DNA of 49,715 bases from Octopus sinensis (GCF_006345805.1 NW_021834318.1:1-49715), one strand, 5' to 3'. Positions 25,300 through 38,421 are shown, counted from the first letter of the stretch. Made by a program: numbers and translations. The notes: generated from the sequence alone by a model not told the origin.

Positions 25300-26230
25300 C
25301 TTAATGAAGGAGTGCAAACTGATACCTACAGAAGGCTACAAGTTATTTACAGAAATAACACCAGTGGCAAGAGCAGTGTGCACAGATTGATGAAGAATAG
25401 AAATCAGCACTAAAGACAAACTGTGAATTGGCAGACCATAAACTGCAATCACTGAAATGAACCACCATCAAGTAGATAAATAGTGACAGATTGAGTCACA
25501 GTCTGTGAGCTTGTTGTGCAATTGGATTATGGTCACAATATTACAGAAGAGGGTTCAAGACTTTGGGTATCAGAAAGTTTGTGCAAAATGGGTACCTTGG
25601 CAGTTGACATGCAATTTGAAAGAGAGAAAAGTGGAAGTGTGCTCTAATCTACTGGAAGCATTTGAAAACCATTTAAGGCACATTTTCTTTTCTAATCTAG
25701 TAATAGGGAATGAAATGTGAGTATATCTTTGTGATAAAAAAAAAATGAAGGCTCAGTTCATGGAGTGGGTTAACACCTCTTCTCCAAAGCCCAATATGCA
25801 TAGAAAGTCATGGTAATAGTTTTGGAGGTTTTCATTCTCTTTGATTTCTGGAATATATCAAAATATTGAAATAGCTTCGAGAAGCCATAGGGCGGAAGAG
25901 ACTGAATAAGAATCTGAAAATGTATCACATTTGCCATGACAGTGTGTGGCCACAAAAACTGTAAGTGACAATCAAACAGTTGGAAAATTGGGCTGGTCAG
26001 TAGTTCCACCATCTGCTAGACAGCCTGAATCTGGCACCATCCAGCTGCCACCTGTTCAGTGCAACGAAGGGCAATTTTTGGGGACGAGATTTCGATGACA
26101 CAGAAGAGGTGAAAGTAGCTGTGAAGAAGTAGGTACAGCTGTGCACATCTGAACTACTTTTGAAGAGTTCAGTTCAATGATGGTGCAAATGTATCACTTG
26201 AGATGGAAACTGTTGAACAGTACTTGTATA
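25300..26230 (+). mobile_element. Decayed mariner transposase
   Basis: GYQKVCAKWVPWQLT (WVPxxL motif), a VxGxE-like block and a decayed YSPDLAP-SDxHLF region (~26010-26060); many stops. Confidence 0.8.
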
Positions 26231-26417
26231 TAGAGGAAGAATTACTCTGCTACTCAAAGTGCAATTTGAATGACCTGTGTCGCTTAATTAAAAAGTAATG
26301 CCCACTTTTGTATTACTTTTGGTTCAATGTTATTCTGTGTATACATGTGTGTGTGTGTGCATACATCTATACTTACATATGCACAACTTGATATACTTCT
26401 ATTTATTTCACCTTGCT

Positions 26418-27085
26418 ATCATCATCATCGTTTAACGTCCGCTTTCCATGCTAGCATGGGTTGGACGATTTGACTGAGGACTGGCGAATCAGATGGCTGC
26501 ACCAGGCTCTAATCTTGATCTGGCAGAGTTTCTACAGCTGGATGCCCTTCCTAATGCCAACCACTCCGAGAGTGTGGTGGGTGCTTTTACGTTCCACTGG
26601 CACGAGGGCCAGTCAGGCGGTACTGGCAACGGCTACGGAAAAATGATGTTTTTTTTTATGTGTCACCTGCCAGTAAGGCGATGCTGGTAACGATCACGCT
26701 CGAATGGTACTTTTTACGTGCCACTGGCACGAACGCCAGTTAGCTGCTCTGGCAAAGATCATGCTCGAATGGTGCTCTTAGTGCTCCACTAGCACAGATG
26801 ACAGTCATCAAATTTGATTTCGATTCCAATTTCACTTGCCTCAACAGGTCTTCATAAGCAGTGTCCAATGAAGGGAAGGTACACATAAGTGGGCTGGTTA
26901 CACCCCTGGCTTAGGCCACGAGGTTATGGTCTCACTTGACTTGCCGGGTCTTCTCAAGCACAGCATATTTCCAAAAGTCTCAGTCACTGGTCATTGCCTT
27001 GGTGAGACCTAATGTTCGAAGGTCATGCTTCACCACCTCATCCTGGGTCTACCTCTTCCACAGGTTCCCTCAACTGCTAGGGTGT
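26418..27085 (-). mobile_element. 5'-truncated RTE LINE 3' end (ORF tail, long 3' UTR, (GAT)n tail)
   Basis: Minus-strand LAVEGTCGRGRP C-terminus; reverse complement of 29640-30170. Confidence 0.85.
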
Positions 27086-27264
27086 TAGTAATTTGGTGAA
27101 GGGTGAGGGAACAGAAAAAATTTTTTAAATAAATCAGCTTGATTGAAACATGAAGCAATGTATGAGAAAGGATTGTGAAAACTTTCTTAATTTCAGATGT
27201 GGAAGACAGATACCAATTTATCCTACCCATTTCAGAACTCTCCCTCTTCCTGTTAGATTCAAAA

Positions 27265-30180
27265 CATAGGACTGCCACTAATATCATTAGTACAATGAAA
27301 GGTAGGTGAGGAATGATTGTAGAAATGCTGGAGTGAGAGACAAAGTGGAGAGAAGCTTTGTTTCAGACTCCTCACAACCAAGCAACAAAGGTACAAATCT
27401 TTCTGGGTGGACATTGACAATAGGATGAGTGGAGTTAGTGTGCTCTTAACAAAGAAATGAATAGATGAATTAACTGAGATGTGATAGAATAAACTTATGC
27501 AAGCCATTGACAAAGTAATTATAATAGTTATCACCTCGTATACATCGCAAACAGCACTGGTAGATGAACAAAGACTGCTTTTAAGAGCCCTCTTGTAGAT
27601 TACCAGAAGATGTCAAACTCAGCTGGTGATATCAGTGGACAATACCACAATAATTTTTCTGGAGTATATGGTAGCTATGGGTATGGAATGATGAGGGATC
27701 AAGGTTTCTGAAGTCCTGTGATATAAATGAGTTTATTCATTTGCAATACCAAATTTAGGAAAATGGACACCAACCAATTAGACAAATATAAAGTGCATAC
27801 ATTTTAGGAAATAGTATAGACAGATAATTGTAAATACTAACTCCTTTGGGTGAAGAGTGTTTTATCTAACAAAAATTAGTAATTAGTCACTTAAGACTAA
27901 GAGCTATACTAACTCAAAAAGACAACGTAGAGTAAGAAGACTTTGGCCTGTTGTAGATTCAAAGAAAAAAGAAGGACATGATAACTTTGAGGAAATTTGA
28001 CAGCTTTTATGGGACAAACCTATCGAGGTTACAGACTAAATCTGTGGCTGGTACTGGGTCTTGGCTAGACAGACATGGTGGTGGAGCACCACTAGATAGT
28101 CATTAAAGCAAAGATATAGTTGCTGAAAAACTGGAGAGATGGGGTAAGTAAAGAGCAATTTCAAGAAGTTAAAAAAGAAGCTCGGCATTTTGTGTATTTT
28201 GGGGGATAAAATTGTAACAGTAAGAAATTGGTATATGTTCAGTAAAGCAACGATCAAATGCAAGAGTGTATGCTTGAGAAAATTGTGATGTCGAGGATAA
28301 GCATTCAGAACAAAGTGATGCAGTTACATTTACTGGTATGGGGAAAGAAGGAAGCATGAAAGATTGTAATATGTGGAGAATGCAAGGAGGAGAGAGGTCA
28401 TCCAAGCTCACAGTATTGAAATAAATAGAGCAATTAATATGAAGGCAGCTGGACCATCATGTATAGTTACTAAGATGCTAAAAATCTCTAGTTAGGTAGG
28501 TCATGTGCCCAACTAATTAGAGAAAGAGTCAGTTTGGATGAGATGCAGCTTAGTTTTGTGCCAGGGAAAAGCACCACTGATGCTATATTTCTGGTAAGAT
28601 AGCTGCAGGAGAAATATCTAGCCAAAGATTAACCTCTGTACCTGGCTTTCGTTGACATGGAGAAAGCCTTTGACAGGGTCCCCTGATCCCTTATCTGGTG
28701 GTCAATGAGGAAACTAGGGATAGATGAATGGTTAGTGAGAGCTGTATGAGCCATGTACGGGGATGATGTTAGTAAGGTGAGAGTTGGCAACAAGTACAGT
28801 GAAGAATTCTGGGTAGAGGTAGGGGTCCACCAAGGTTCAGTCCTCAGCCCCTCCTATCTATCATAGTCTTCCAGGCAATAACAGAGGAATTCAAGTCAGG
28901 ATGCCCCTGGGAGCTCCTCTATGCTGATGACCTTGCTCTAATTGCTGAGTCACTATCAGAACTAAAGGAAAATTTTCAAGTGTGGATTAGAAGGGCCTTA
29001 GAGTCAACATAGCTAAAATCAAAGTCCTAATAAGTAGGAAGGCAGGCAAACCACAAATCCCTTCAAGTAGATGGCCCTGCTCGATCTGTAGAAAAGGCGT
29101 AAGTAGAAACTCTATAAGATGTACCCAGTGTAAGATATGGACACATAAGAGGTGCAGCAATATCAAAGGAAGGCTAAATGGGAAGTTAGTGTTTGTATGT
29201 GGCAGATGCTCAGGAGCAATAAACACTGAAAATGTGCAGAGAACAACTTCTGCCACATTCCAGGGAGAAAAACTAGTAATAGTTGATAGCTTCCGTTACC
29301 TAGGTGGCCAAGTCAATAGCTGGGGAGGGTGCACTGAAAGTGTAGCTGCTAGAATAAGAATATCCTGGATAAAGTTCTGAGAGTTCTTACATCTGCTGGT
29401 GCTACATGGCAGTGAAACATGGGCTGTGACTGCTGAGGACATGCGTAAGCTCGCAAAGAATGAAGCCAGTATACTCCGATGGATGTGTAATGTCAGTGTG
29501 CATACTCAACAGTGTAAGTACCCTGAGAGAAAAGTTGGATCTAAGAAGCATCAGATGTGGTGTGCAAGAGAGATGACTGCGCTGGTATGGTCATGTGGCA
29601 AGAATGGATGAGGATAGCTGTGTGAAAAAGTGCCACACCATAGCAGTTGAGGGAACCTGTGGAAGAGGTAGACTTGGGATGAGGTGGTGAAGCATGACCT
29701 TCGAACATTGGGCCTCCCCAAGGCAATGGCCAGTGACCGGGACCTTTGGAAATCTGCTGTGCTTGAGAAGACTCAGAAAGCTCAAGTGAGACCATAACCT
29801 TGTGACCTATGCTAGGGGTGTAACCAGCCCACTTATGTGTACCTTTCTTTCATTGGACACTAAACTCTGCTTGCAAAGACCTGTTAAGGCAAGTGAAATC
29901 AAAATCAAATTCGATGACTGGCATCCGTGCTAGTGAAGTGGTAAGAGTACCATACGAGCATGATTGTTGCCAGAGCAACCAGCTGGCCTCCATGCTGATG
30001 GCATGTAAAAAGCACCATTCAAGCGTGATCATTACCTGTGTCACCTTATTGGCACTTGTGCTGGTGTCACATGAAAAAAACATTCGAGCAAGGTCGTTGC
30101 CAGAGCTGCTGGACTGGCTCCTGTGCAGGTGGCACATAAAAAGCACCATTTGAGCGTGGCCACTGTCAGTACCACCTGAC
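27265..30180 (+). mobile_element. Decayed RTE-clade LINE (APE and RT remnants, 3' UTR)
   Basis: PGKSTTDAIFLVR..EKYLAK..LYLAFVDMEKAFDRVP; VGVHQGSVLSP; PWELLYADDLAL; LHGSETWAVT; AVEGTCGRGR. Multiple stops and frameshifts. Confidence 0.9.
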
Positions 30181-30282
30181 TTACCCTTTTACATGGAAAT
30201 ATAACTCTTGTTACATTGTATGCTTTTCCTTTGTTTTTATACATGCTTGCTTGTTTATTATATGTAATGAAAAAAATGCAGT

Positions 30283-30490
30283 AAGCTGGCAGAATCGTTA
30301 GCATGCCAGGCGATATACTTAGCAGTATTTCATCTGCTGTTAAGATCTGTGTTCAAATTTTGCTGAGGTCGACTTTGCCCTTCATCCTTTCAGGGTTGAT
30401 AAATTAAGTACCAGTGAAACACTGAGGTTGATGTAATCAACTTGTCTCCTCCCTACAAATTCGAGGCCTTGTGACTCAAGCAGAAAGGAT
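30283..30490 (+). mobile_element. Diverged SINE family A variant
   Basis: AAGCTGGCAGAATCGTTAGC head and TCATCCTTTCAGGGTTGATAAATTAAGTACC core. Confidence 0.75.
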
Positions 30491-30929
30491 TCTATGTAAT
30501 AGATAAATAAATGTTACCAACAACTTCGGCCACTCTTTCTTTCATGGAATCAACATCATTTTTGCTTTCAATCTAGACAACAATTATTACATTCTGGTAA
30601 CCAGCTCATTACTCAGTTTTACCTGGAAACAGATCACCTTTAAAAACTCTGTTTGTGAAATATTTAGATGTATCTGGATGTACTTTACAAAAATAGCCAA
30701 GGGGATTTTGATCCTATCACAGTAAGATTTTGTTGTTAAGCACGTTTCTGATAAAAGTATTCGACATGTCAACGTCCTTTCTTGACTGAGATATAATGAG
30801 ACTAAATGCAAATGCATTATATAAAAAAATAAAAAAGAATTTTACAACATAATTAGAGATCGGGTTCAAACCTGTAATGTGAATTTGTTAAAGAGAAGGA
30901 TTTCCTAACATGCGAAAATGGCTTAATAT

Positions 30930-31500
30930 ATCATAAAAGTCATCTGTTTATCCCAGCACCTTATACAGCCACAGTATTAGCTAAAATACACATGAGCATT
31001 CAACAAACAATTAAGAAGGCACGAATTAAGGTGTTTGTTGGCCTGAGTTGGCTTACTCGGTGGAGAAGTTTGACAAATCTTGCAATAGTTGCCAGAGTTA
31101 GGCCAAATTTAGTGAAGGCAAATGATTCATGGTCTATTTCTGGGTACTGGGGACGTGTGCATAGGGGAATGTTTAGACTTATGTTCCAAACATCGGTAAC
31201 ATACTTATAATTGTAGATGCCTATTCAGAATGGATCGAGACTTTCTTGTGTCCTAATTGCTCATCTGAGACAGTAAAAAACAAGCTGCTGGATGTCTTCA
31301 CTCATTTTGGTATGCCCACAGCTTTAGTATTGAGCATTAGACCTGAATTTGTTGCATTAAAGAATATGTTGTCATCTATGGGTTGCAGAAAGATTGAGAC
31401 ACCTGCTTACAGTCTGGTATCTAACAGTGCTGCTGAAAGGGACATACAAACTGTGAAAACTGCACTGAAGCATTTTGATTGAAAGACAAGGTATTTCGGC
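30930..31500 (+). mobile_element. Decayed Gypsy/Ty3 integrase fragment
   Basis: VDAYSEWIE..LLDVFTHFGMP..TPAYSLVSNSAAERDIQTVK (rve core), preceded by a decayed WP..C..CQ zinc-binding region. Confidence 0.85.
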
Positions 31501-31889
31501 AACTACTTGAACAAAATTCTGTTCAACCACTGGAGTGCTTCAGGTGGTCGTAAATTATCATTGGCCAAAAACTTAATAAAATGACCATTAAGGTTTGCTG
31601 TAATCCTATTCTTTGGAATAGGTTAGGTTGTGATATACAACACCACATTCAACAAGGTTGCATCCAAGACAAAATATGTGATGCATGCTGGAAAGAATAC
31701 TGCATGGATTAAGGAGTTTCAACTACTGCAGTTAGTGGCAGTTGAGCCACTGGCCCCACTGAACACACAGTAACTAGAACCAGAATTGAGTGCAACACCT
31801 GGCACAATGGTTCATGCTGGACCAAATTTCCCTCAACTAAAATAAGGGATGAGTTTTGAGATGTAGAAACATAACACACAAGTAAATAT

Positions 31890-32545
31890 TTCAAATCTCT
31901 GCCAGGAATTACAAGGGCTCTTATTGAGTATTTTTATTTAAGCAACCAAATATCCCTCAAGAAAAGATTGTGTGAACAAGGGGTCACACATAGTAACCAA
32001 ATTTCCTTCAAATATTTATAGTAAGCCCAATAATTGAAATAAATTTAAATATCTTAATTTTCTCAATTAGATTGTTGCTGCTTTGGATGCCCAGTAGGTC
32101 TAGGTGTTGAGAAGTAGTAATCTAACACAGAAGTGGATGATTGAAATCTCTGCTAGGAATTACAAGGATTGTATTTTTAAATAACTTTATTATTTAAGGA
32201 ACCAAATTTCCATTAACAAAATGATTGTGTGTATGTGTGTGTGAAGAAGGGGTCACTAGGCAGCCTTCAAATAGTAACTAAATCTACTTTAAATCTTTAT
32301 AGTAAGCCTAATAATTGAAATAAATTTCAATATTTTAGTTTTCTCCTTAGAAGGCTTCAAATTTCTGCCAGGAATTACAAGGGACCCTAGTAAAATGTTT
32401 TTTTAAGCAGCCAAATTTCCCTTAATTAAAAGATTGTGTGTGGAGAAGGTGCTACAAAGCAGCTTTGATATAGTAACAAAATCTCCCTAAAACTTTTATA
32501 GTAAATGCAATAATTGAAATAGATTTAAATATCTTCATTTAGTCA
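31890..32545. repeat. Three imperfect tandem units of ~216-251 bp
   Basis: AAATCTCTGCCAGGAATTACAAGG recurs at ~31892, ~32143 and ~32359, each followed by TAGTAAGCCxAATAATTGAAATAAATTT. Confidence 0.8.
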
Positions 32546-33205
32546 TGAAAACTATCCTAATTAACTGGTCCTCCTGTATTTTCTTTTACCCAATGCCAGG
32601 AACTTTTCAGCCCCACCCTCATATGTAAGTATGTATATATTCGCCATGTTGGACTCTATGTGTTTTTTTCATCCCCTTTCTATTTATTTTCTCTTATCCC
32701 TTTCTGTTAAAAAGTGTAGCCACAAAATGTAAAAGAATTTTCCCATTTTTCCTGAGTGTCAAACTAATACACTTGCTTGTTGTTCCTACACCTGTCTTCA
32801 TCTTTTGCTTTTCTAAATTGAACTACGTATGTGTGGTAAATCTTGCAGACATGAAGTGGATTTGATTCACCATAGCCAGATTTCAAGTAACAGTTCAACA
32901 GAACTATTCTCATGGTGGAACAATAGTTTTTCTGTGAGAGCAGTTTTACATTTGACAGATTGCCTTAGCTAGGCTGAAATAACGTGTTCACCACTTGACC
33001 CTTCTAACCTCTCTTAGGCCACTAAAAGCTAGAATTAAGATAACAGACCACCAACTAAATCCATTGTTCTCTGCAGGATCAGACAAGCCCAATTCACTCC
33101 AGTGTTGGAGAGCTTCATCCAACTCCCTGTTGGAACTGGTCCATGTTGGAGAGGAGAGAATGTTGCTCCCCAGGGTGAAGCAGGTGTGAGTGGAGGAAAG
33201 GAAGC

Positions 33206-33244
<39 letters not shown>

Positions 33245-34121
33245 ACACTTAGGAAGACCAAGACTCCCAAATCGCTTGAGCAGTGCAACCTGATTGTGGG
33301 ACGTTGGAGAGAGCCTGACATTAACCAAGCATTCAAGTGTCTGAAAGATTAGGTTGTTGAAGTTTTGGAGGCAAAATGAGAATCGGTGCGAGGAGTTGAC
33401 TCTGAGCAAATATAGAAGCTTATGAATGGAAAGGTAATTTTACAAGCAGTCTTATCTGCCGATGAAATTTCACCTCTCATTTTAATATTATGCAGTGTGT
33501 GTCTTTCGAGGAATTTTGTAAGCCATCCAAATAAATTTTGGATAAAAGTCTTCTTTGAACTGGTTTACAACGCTTACAATTTTTTTTGTTTTGTTATTTT
33601 TATTCCCTTGTTATTTTTATTCTCATTATTAGAAATTTCTCCTTTCAGCCCGTGAAGCCTAGGATTTTTAATACTTTGAATTAATTATCCTTTTATCATG
33701 AAAAAGAATCCATTTTTATAAAAAAAACAACTTTAAAATCTCATAACGTATTCGTTTCGTTTCGTTTACCCACACGCAGTTTTGTACTTTGGATCGCCAT
33801 TCTTTTTTTGTTTTTGTTTTTATGGCACCTGACCAGAAAAATCGGATCTTAAATTATCTTTAAGGTAAATTGTCTTTGATATTCAGTTTCTGGGAAATAT
33901 TTCTTGAGACTTGTTTTATACACATTATATTTCATGCTAAATGAGTTACTTTTGGTGAAATTTCGTTTTGACATACGAAAAAATCAACCTTTTGGCAAGA
34001 ACTTAGGAAAATTCACAAGATCTGAGTTTTTCCCTCATAACTTTTAGAAAATGTTTTTTTTTTTTAAATGAAATTTCTTATAACTTTCAAACGGCATAGA
34101 TTATGATTATAAATAAACTAG

Positions 34122-35032
34122 GGATCTTTTCCTTTTGAACAGCACTTTGTAACATAATTTCTAGTTAACTAAACACTTTTAAACTTCGTATACTGGTAGA
34201 ATGTGTTTATAAAACATCATTTTTTCTTGGCTTTATTGAGAAATTCTATAGGTTGTAAGATATTCCGTCTGAAATTTCGAGCATTTCGGCAATTTTAACC
34301 AATTGCTGGAGTCCATTTAGGTAAACAATATTCCGTGCTGTATGAATATGTCCCTCCTTTAAGAAACAGATTGGGTTTATTTATATTTGTGAAGAAAAAA
34401 GATACCCTTCCCCAACCCCTAACCCTAAATCTAAAATAGATTGAAATGCAATAGATCGATATTAGGGCCATAATTATGGGTGACATTTTCATTTGACATC
34501 GCTAGAAAAAAGTCCCATTTTCCGTAGCGGTGTCGTATGAAATTGTCACCCATAATTATGGCCCTAGTATCGATCTATTGCATTTCAAGCTATTTTAGAT
34601 TTGGGGTTAGGGGTTGGGGAAGGGTATCTTTTTTCTTCACAAATATAAATAAACCCAATCTGTTTCTTAAAGGAGGGACTTATTCATACAGCACGATCTA
34701 TTTCAATCTATTTTAGATTTAGGGTAAGAGTTAGGGGTGGGGGAAGAGTATCTTTTTTCTTCACAAATGTAAATAAACCCAATCTGTTTCTTAAAGGAGG
34801 GACATATTCATACAGCATGGAATATTGTTTACCTAAATGGACTCCAGCAATTGGTTAAAATTGCCGAAATGCTCGAAATTAAAGACGAAATATCTTACAA
34901 CCTATAGAATTTTCTCAATAAAGCCAAGAAAAAATGATGTTTTATAAACACATTCTACCAGTATACGAAGTTTCAAATCGTTTAGTTAACTAGAAATTGT
35001 GTTGAATTCTGTCTATCAAGAGGAAAAGATCC
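34122..35032. mobile_element. Fold-back (inverted dimer) of the GATC-terminated MITE family
   Basis: ~380-bp arms (34122-34505 vs 34525-35032) are reverse complements; right arm has a ~120-bp internal duplication. Homologous to 7457-7869. Confidence 0.85.
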
Positions 35033-35054
35033 GATTTTTTATAAACACTTTCAC

Positions 35055-35815
35055 ACCATGCTTGAAGGACAGCATATGTTCAAAAAGATTTCCAAGGAGG
35101 TTCCTACAATAAACTCAGACAGGTGCTGATGGGTATCCATCATACAGACGCAGAAAACCAGAAGACGGAGGTTTCACAACAACTATCAGACAGCACGATA
35201 TTGATAATAGATGGATTGTTCCATACTGCCCACTCCTGTCAAGGACTTTCAATGCCCACATCAACGTTGAGTTTTGCAACTCCGTTAAATCCATCAAGTA
35301 CGTTTGCAAATATGTAAACAAGGGTTCTGACGCTGCAATGTTTGGACTTCAACAAGAATACTGCCAGGATGAGGAGACACATTATCAGGTGGGACGGTAC
35401 CTAAGTAGCAACGAGGCTTTCTGGTGCATCTTTGGCTTTCCAATTCACCAACAATACCCCGCCATTCAACAGCTTGTAGTGCACCTGGAAAATGGTCAAA
35501 GAGTGTACTTCACTGATGCTAATGCTTCTCTGTTGGCAGAGGAATCAAGAGATAGCACACTCACTGCATTCTCCAAGTGGATCCATTCGCTCAAACCTTG
35601 CTGTATCCACATTCATAGATTCCATCGTACTACACTTGGAATGGAAAAAAATGGGCCCCACGGAAAGCAGGTCAAAATGTTCATGGATACCCTGGCATTA
35701 AGTTTCACACTTGCCTTGGGCGAGTATACACAGTGCATCCCACTCAATAAGAGTGCTTCTACTTTCGTCTACTACTGCATGAGGTCAGAGGGCCAACGTC
35801 TTTCCAGGCCCTAAA
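35055..35815 (+). mobile_element. Decayed Helitron RepHel fragment
   Basis: CSKRFP..GYPSYRRR..DNRWIVPYCPLLSRTFNAHINVEFCNSVKSIKYVCKYVNKGSD..GRYLSSNEAFW.IFGFPIH..VHLENGQRVYF. Confidence 0.92.
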
Positions 35816-35974
35816 ACTGTCTCAAAGGGACGAAAATATTTTGACAAATTAAATTTAAATGTTGAAGTGAATCTATCGGTTTTGTGTGTTTCTTAAATGG
35901 CTTATGAACACCTTCCACCCTGCAATTGTTATATATATATTTACTTCTGGTATATGTATATATATGTGTGTGTG

Positions 35975-36052
<78 letters not shown>

Positions 36053-36055
<3 letters not shown>

Positions 36056-36261
36056 GGTGTCCCAGAAGTCGCGTACCACCCTGGTATTTTAAAAGAATAC
36101 ATTCTTACTGATTTCAAAAACACGTTATTGAAATTAATCATAACAAATGCTAAAATTGAGCACCCTCTACAATAAAACTTGCAGAAAAAATATAATAAAA
36201 TAAAATGCTTTAGTTATTTTTAATGGAAACCAGAATGGTGCGAGACTTCTGGGACACCTTG
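36053..36261. mobile_element. Tc1/mariner-type MITE (~209 bp)
   Basis: TIRs CAGGGTGTCCCAGAAGTCGCGTACCA / TGGTGCGAGACTTCTGGGACACCTTG; TA on the left flank. Confidence 0.85.
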
Positions 36262-36271
36262 TGTGCGCACG

Positions 36272-38420
36272 TATGATTTTGATTTTGATTTTGATTTTTC
36301 CAGTTTCAGCTAATGAGCTGTGGCCATGCTGGGGCACCGCCATTTGGTTTGCTACACGATTTTACCTCACGGATGCTTTTTAGCAAACGCCATCTGATGC
36401 ATGAGAGAGTTCGATGCAGCTGCCCTCATCTGCACCTCCTGCCGTGAAGTTGGTTCATCCGGGACACCTGACAGGAAGAGATCCAGTCCTACTTTAAAGA
36501 CATCCGCATCTACACCATGCAGGTCCCTCAGGTTCTTCAGGAGGATATTGAAGAGCTGTGGGCCTCTGAAGCCCAGGCTATCACAATATCTTGTCCTACA
36601 TCTTGATGGCAAATTTGGAGTCCTTGGTACTACGCAGTGGCGTCCGGTTCTGGCATTAGTGTGACTCTCGATGCTAAAGTCTGGGACAAGTCCTTCCAGG
36701 ATCTTCGAGATATATATTATGGCATATATTTCTCGCCTACGCTCCAGGGAATAGAGCTTTAATCTCTTGAGTCTTTCCCAGTAGCTCATATGCTGCACAG
36801 AGGCTATCTTCTTCGTGTAGCTTCGTTGGATCGCCTCAAGTTCTGTGATCAACTTGACACTGGATGGTGACCATGGCTGAGAGCAATAGTCAAAGTGGCT
36901 TAGGACAAGTGTCTTCCAGAGGACCATCATGGTTTCTTGTTCTCTTGTTCTAAAGATTCTAAGAATCCATCCAGCCAGCCGTCTACATTTCATTGCCAGT
37001 TTAGCAACATGTACATGAAAGGTCGCGTCATCACTCATGTGAATACCCAGGTCACGCACTGATTGTGCCTCTGGGATTGCAATCCCTCCGGGTCCAGTGT
37101 ATTCATTGGGTATTGCATTCAGTTTTGCATGCTGATAGTATAAAGCTTGAAACTTTTCAGCATTGAACTGCATGCTATTCTTTTCAGCCCACTTGTATAT
37201 TTCGTCCAGCTCACATTGCAGGTGCTTAGTGTATTCAGGGTTCTGTATTGCCTGTGAAACTTTTGTATCATCTGCATAACTTGTGATCGTGGCTCTCTGC
37301 GTGGCTGAGGGCATGTCTGAGAGGGCCATTATGAACAGTAGTGGTCCCAAAACAGTGCCCTGCGGAACACCGCTCACTATTTGCGTGTTAATGGAAGTGG
37401 CCCCATTGGCTGCTACCACCTGACTTCTATTCTTCAGAAAGTCATGAAGCCATTCTCCCAATTTTCCAACTATGCCAAGATCACGCAGTTTGTGACATAT
37501 CATTCCATGATCGACTTTATCAAAGGCCTTTGCAAAGTCGAGATATATGACTTCCACATTTGAGTGGTTGAGCAGTTGTTTCAGCACCCAGTCATAGTGT
37601 TGTAGGAGCTGAGTTAAGCAGCTTCTTCCTGGTCGGAAACCATGTTGGGTGTCAGGCAGCAAGTCATTTTCTTCAAGGAAGGTGATTAGTTTCCTTCTGA
37701 CTATTCGTTCCATGACCTTGCTGATGTGTGAGGTGAGAGAGATAGGTCTGTAGTTCTTGGCCTCCGCTCTGCTACCTCCCTTATGAATAGGGCATATTTT
37801 ACCTTCCTTCAGTTTTCTTGGAAGTTTGCCAGCTGCAAGGAAGCTCTGAAAGAGGATCTGCAGTGGTCTTGCTAGGACTCTCTTACATACTTTTAGGAGG
37901 ATTGCCGGGAATCCATCGGGGCCAATAGCTGAGTCTGTTTTCATTTCATCTATAGCCTTTATTACATCGTCTTCCTTTATATCGATGTAATTTATCGTCG
38001 CCGCCTCTGATTTTATATCTGCAGTGGTAAAGAAGTCAGTTGGATTGGTGATTTGGAAATGGCCGAGGGGTGGAGTGAAAACACTCTTGAATTGCTCATT
38101 CAGTATTTCACTTACCCTCATTGGTTTTCCTGTAAGTGTGCCATCCTTTTCAAGGAGTGGCCCTATCCTACAGTGCACTGTAGCTGTTTCTTTGGCATAC
38201 CTGTAGAAAGCTCTGGGGTTAGATTTTATGTTGTCTATAGCCCAGGCTTCTTTGTCTGCTCTTTCCTTTTCATGGGAGAGTTGCAGACACTTTTCAATTT
38301 CCAACAGTTTTATTTTCAGGCGGGACTTTTCACTGCTTTCAATTTGTTTGTTTAGGCGATTTGAAATTTTTGTACACCGTCTCATTAAAATGTTCCTCTC
38401 TCTGGGGATTTTGTTCTTGT
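36272..38420 (-). mobile_element. 5'-truncated CR1-type LINE with uninterrupted RT frame
   Basis: 3' UTR plus (AAAATC)n tail at 36272-36366; 5' end abuts a (TA)n tract. Confidence 0.95.
36367..38385 (-). CDS. CR1-type ORF2 reverse transcriptase (672 aa, endonuclease domain missing)
   Basis: GPDG, NYRPISL, QHGFRPGRSC, YLDFAKAFDKV, SGVPQGTVLGPLLF, YADD, RDLG motifs. Confidence 0.93.
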   Translation of the reverse strand: MRRCTKISNRLNKQIESSEKSRLKIKLLEIEKCLQLSHEKERADKEAWAIDNIKSNPRAFYRYAKETATVHCRIGPLLEKDGTLTGKPMRVSEILNEQFKSVFTPPLGHFQITNPTDFFTTADIKSEAATINYIDIKEDDVIKAIDEMKTDSAIGPDGFPAILLKVCKRVLARPLQILFQSFLAAGKLPRKLKEGKICPIHKGGSRAEAKNYRPISLTSHISKVMERIVRRKLITFLEENDLLPDTQHGFRPGRSCLTQLLQHYDWVLKQLLNHSNVEVIYLDFAKAFDKVDHGMICHKLRDLGIVGKLGEWLHDFLKNRSQVVAANGATSINTQIVSGVPQGTVLGPLLFIMALSDMPSATQRATITSYADDTKVSQAIQNPEYTKHLQCELDEIYKWAEKNSMQFNAEKFQALYYQHAKLNAIPNEYTGPGGIAIPEAQSVRDLGIHMSDDATFHVHVAKLAMKCRRLAGWILRIFRTREQETMMVLWKTLVLSHFDYCSQPWSPSSVKLITELEAIQRSYTKKIASVQHMSYWERLKRLKLYSLERRREIYAIIYISKILEGLVPDFSIESHTNARTGRHCVVPRTPNLPSRCRTRYCDSLGFRGPQLFNILLKNLRDLHGVDADVFKVGLDLFLSGVPDEPTSRQEVQMRAAASNSLMHQMAFAKKHP

Positions 38421-38421
38421 G

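Noticed and set aside
31890-32545. CRISPR-like repeat-spacer array
   Set aside because: Eukaryotic context; long diverged tandem units without unique spacers.
32700-32740. CTGTTAAAAAGTGTAGCCACAAAATGTAAAAGA resembling a recalled compact hammerhead repeat
   Set aside because: Both core halves are too mutated to support from this sequence alone.
32988-33420. Overlapping ORFs, possible LINE endonuclease remnant
   Set aside because: No intact diagnostic motif; includes a (GA)n tract.
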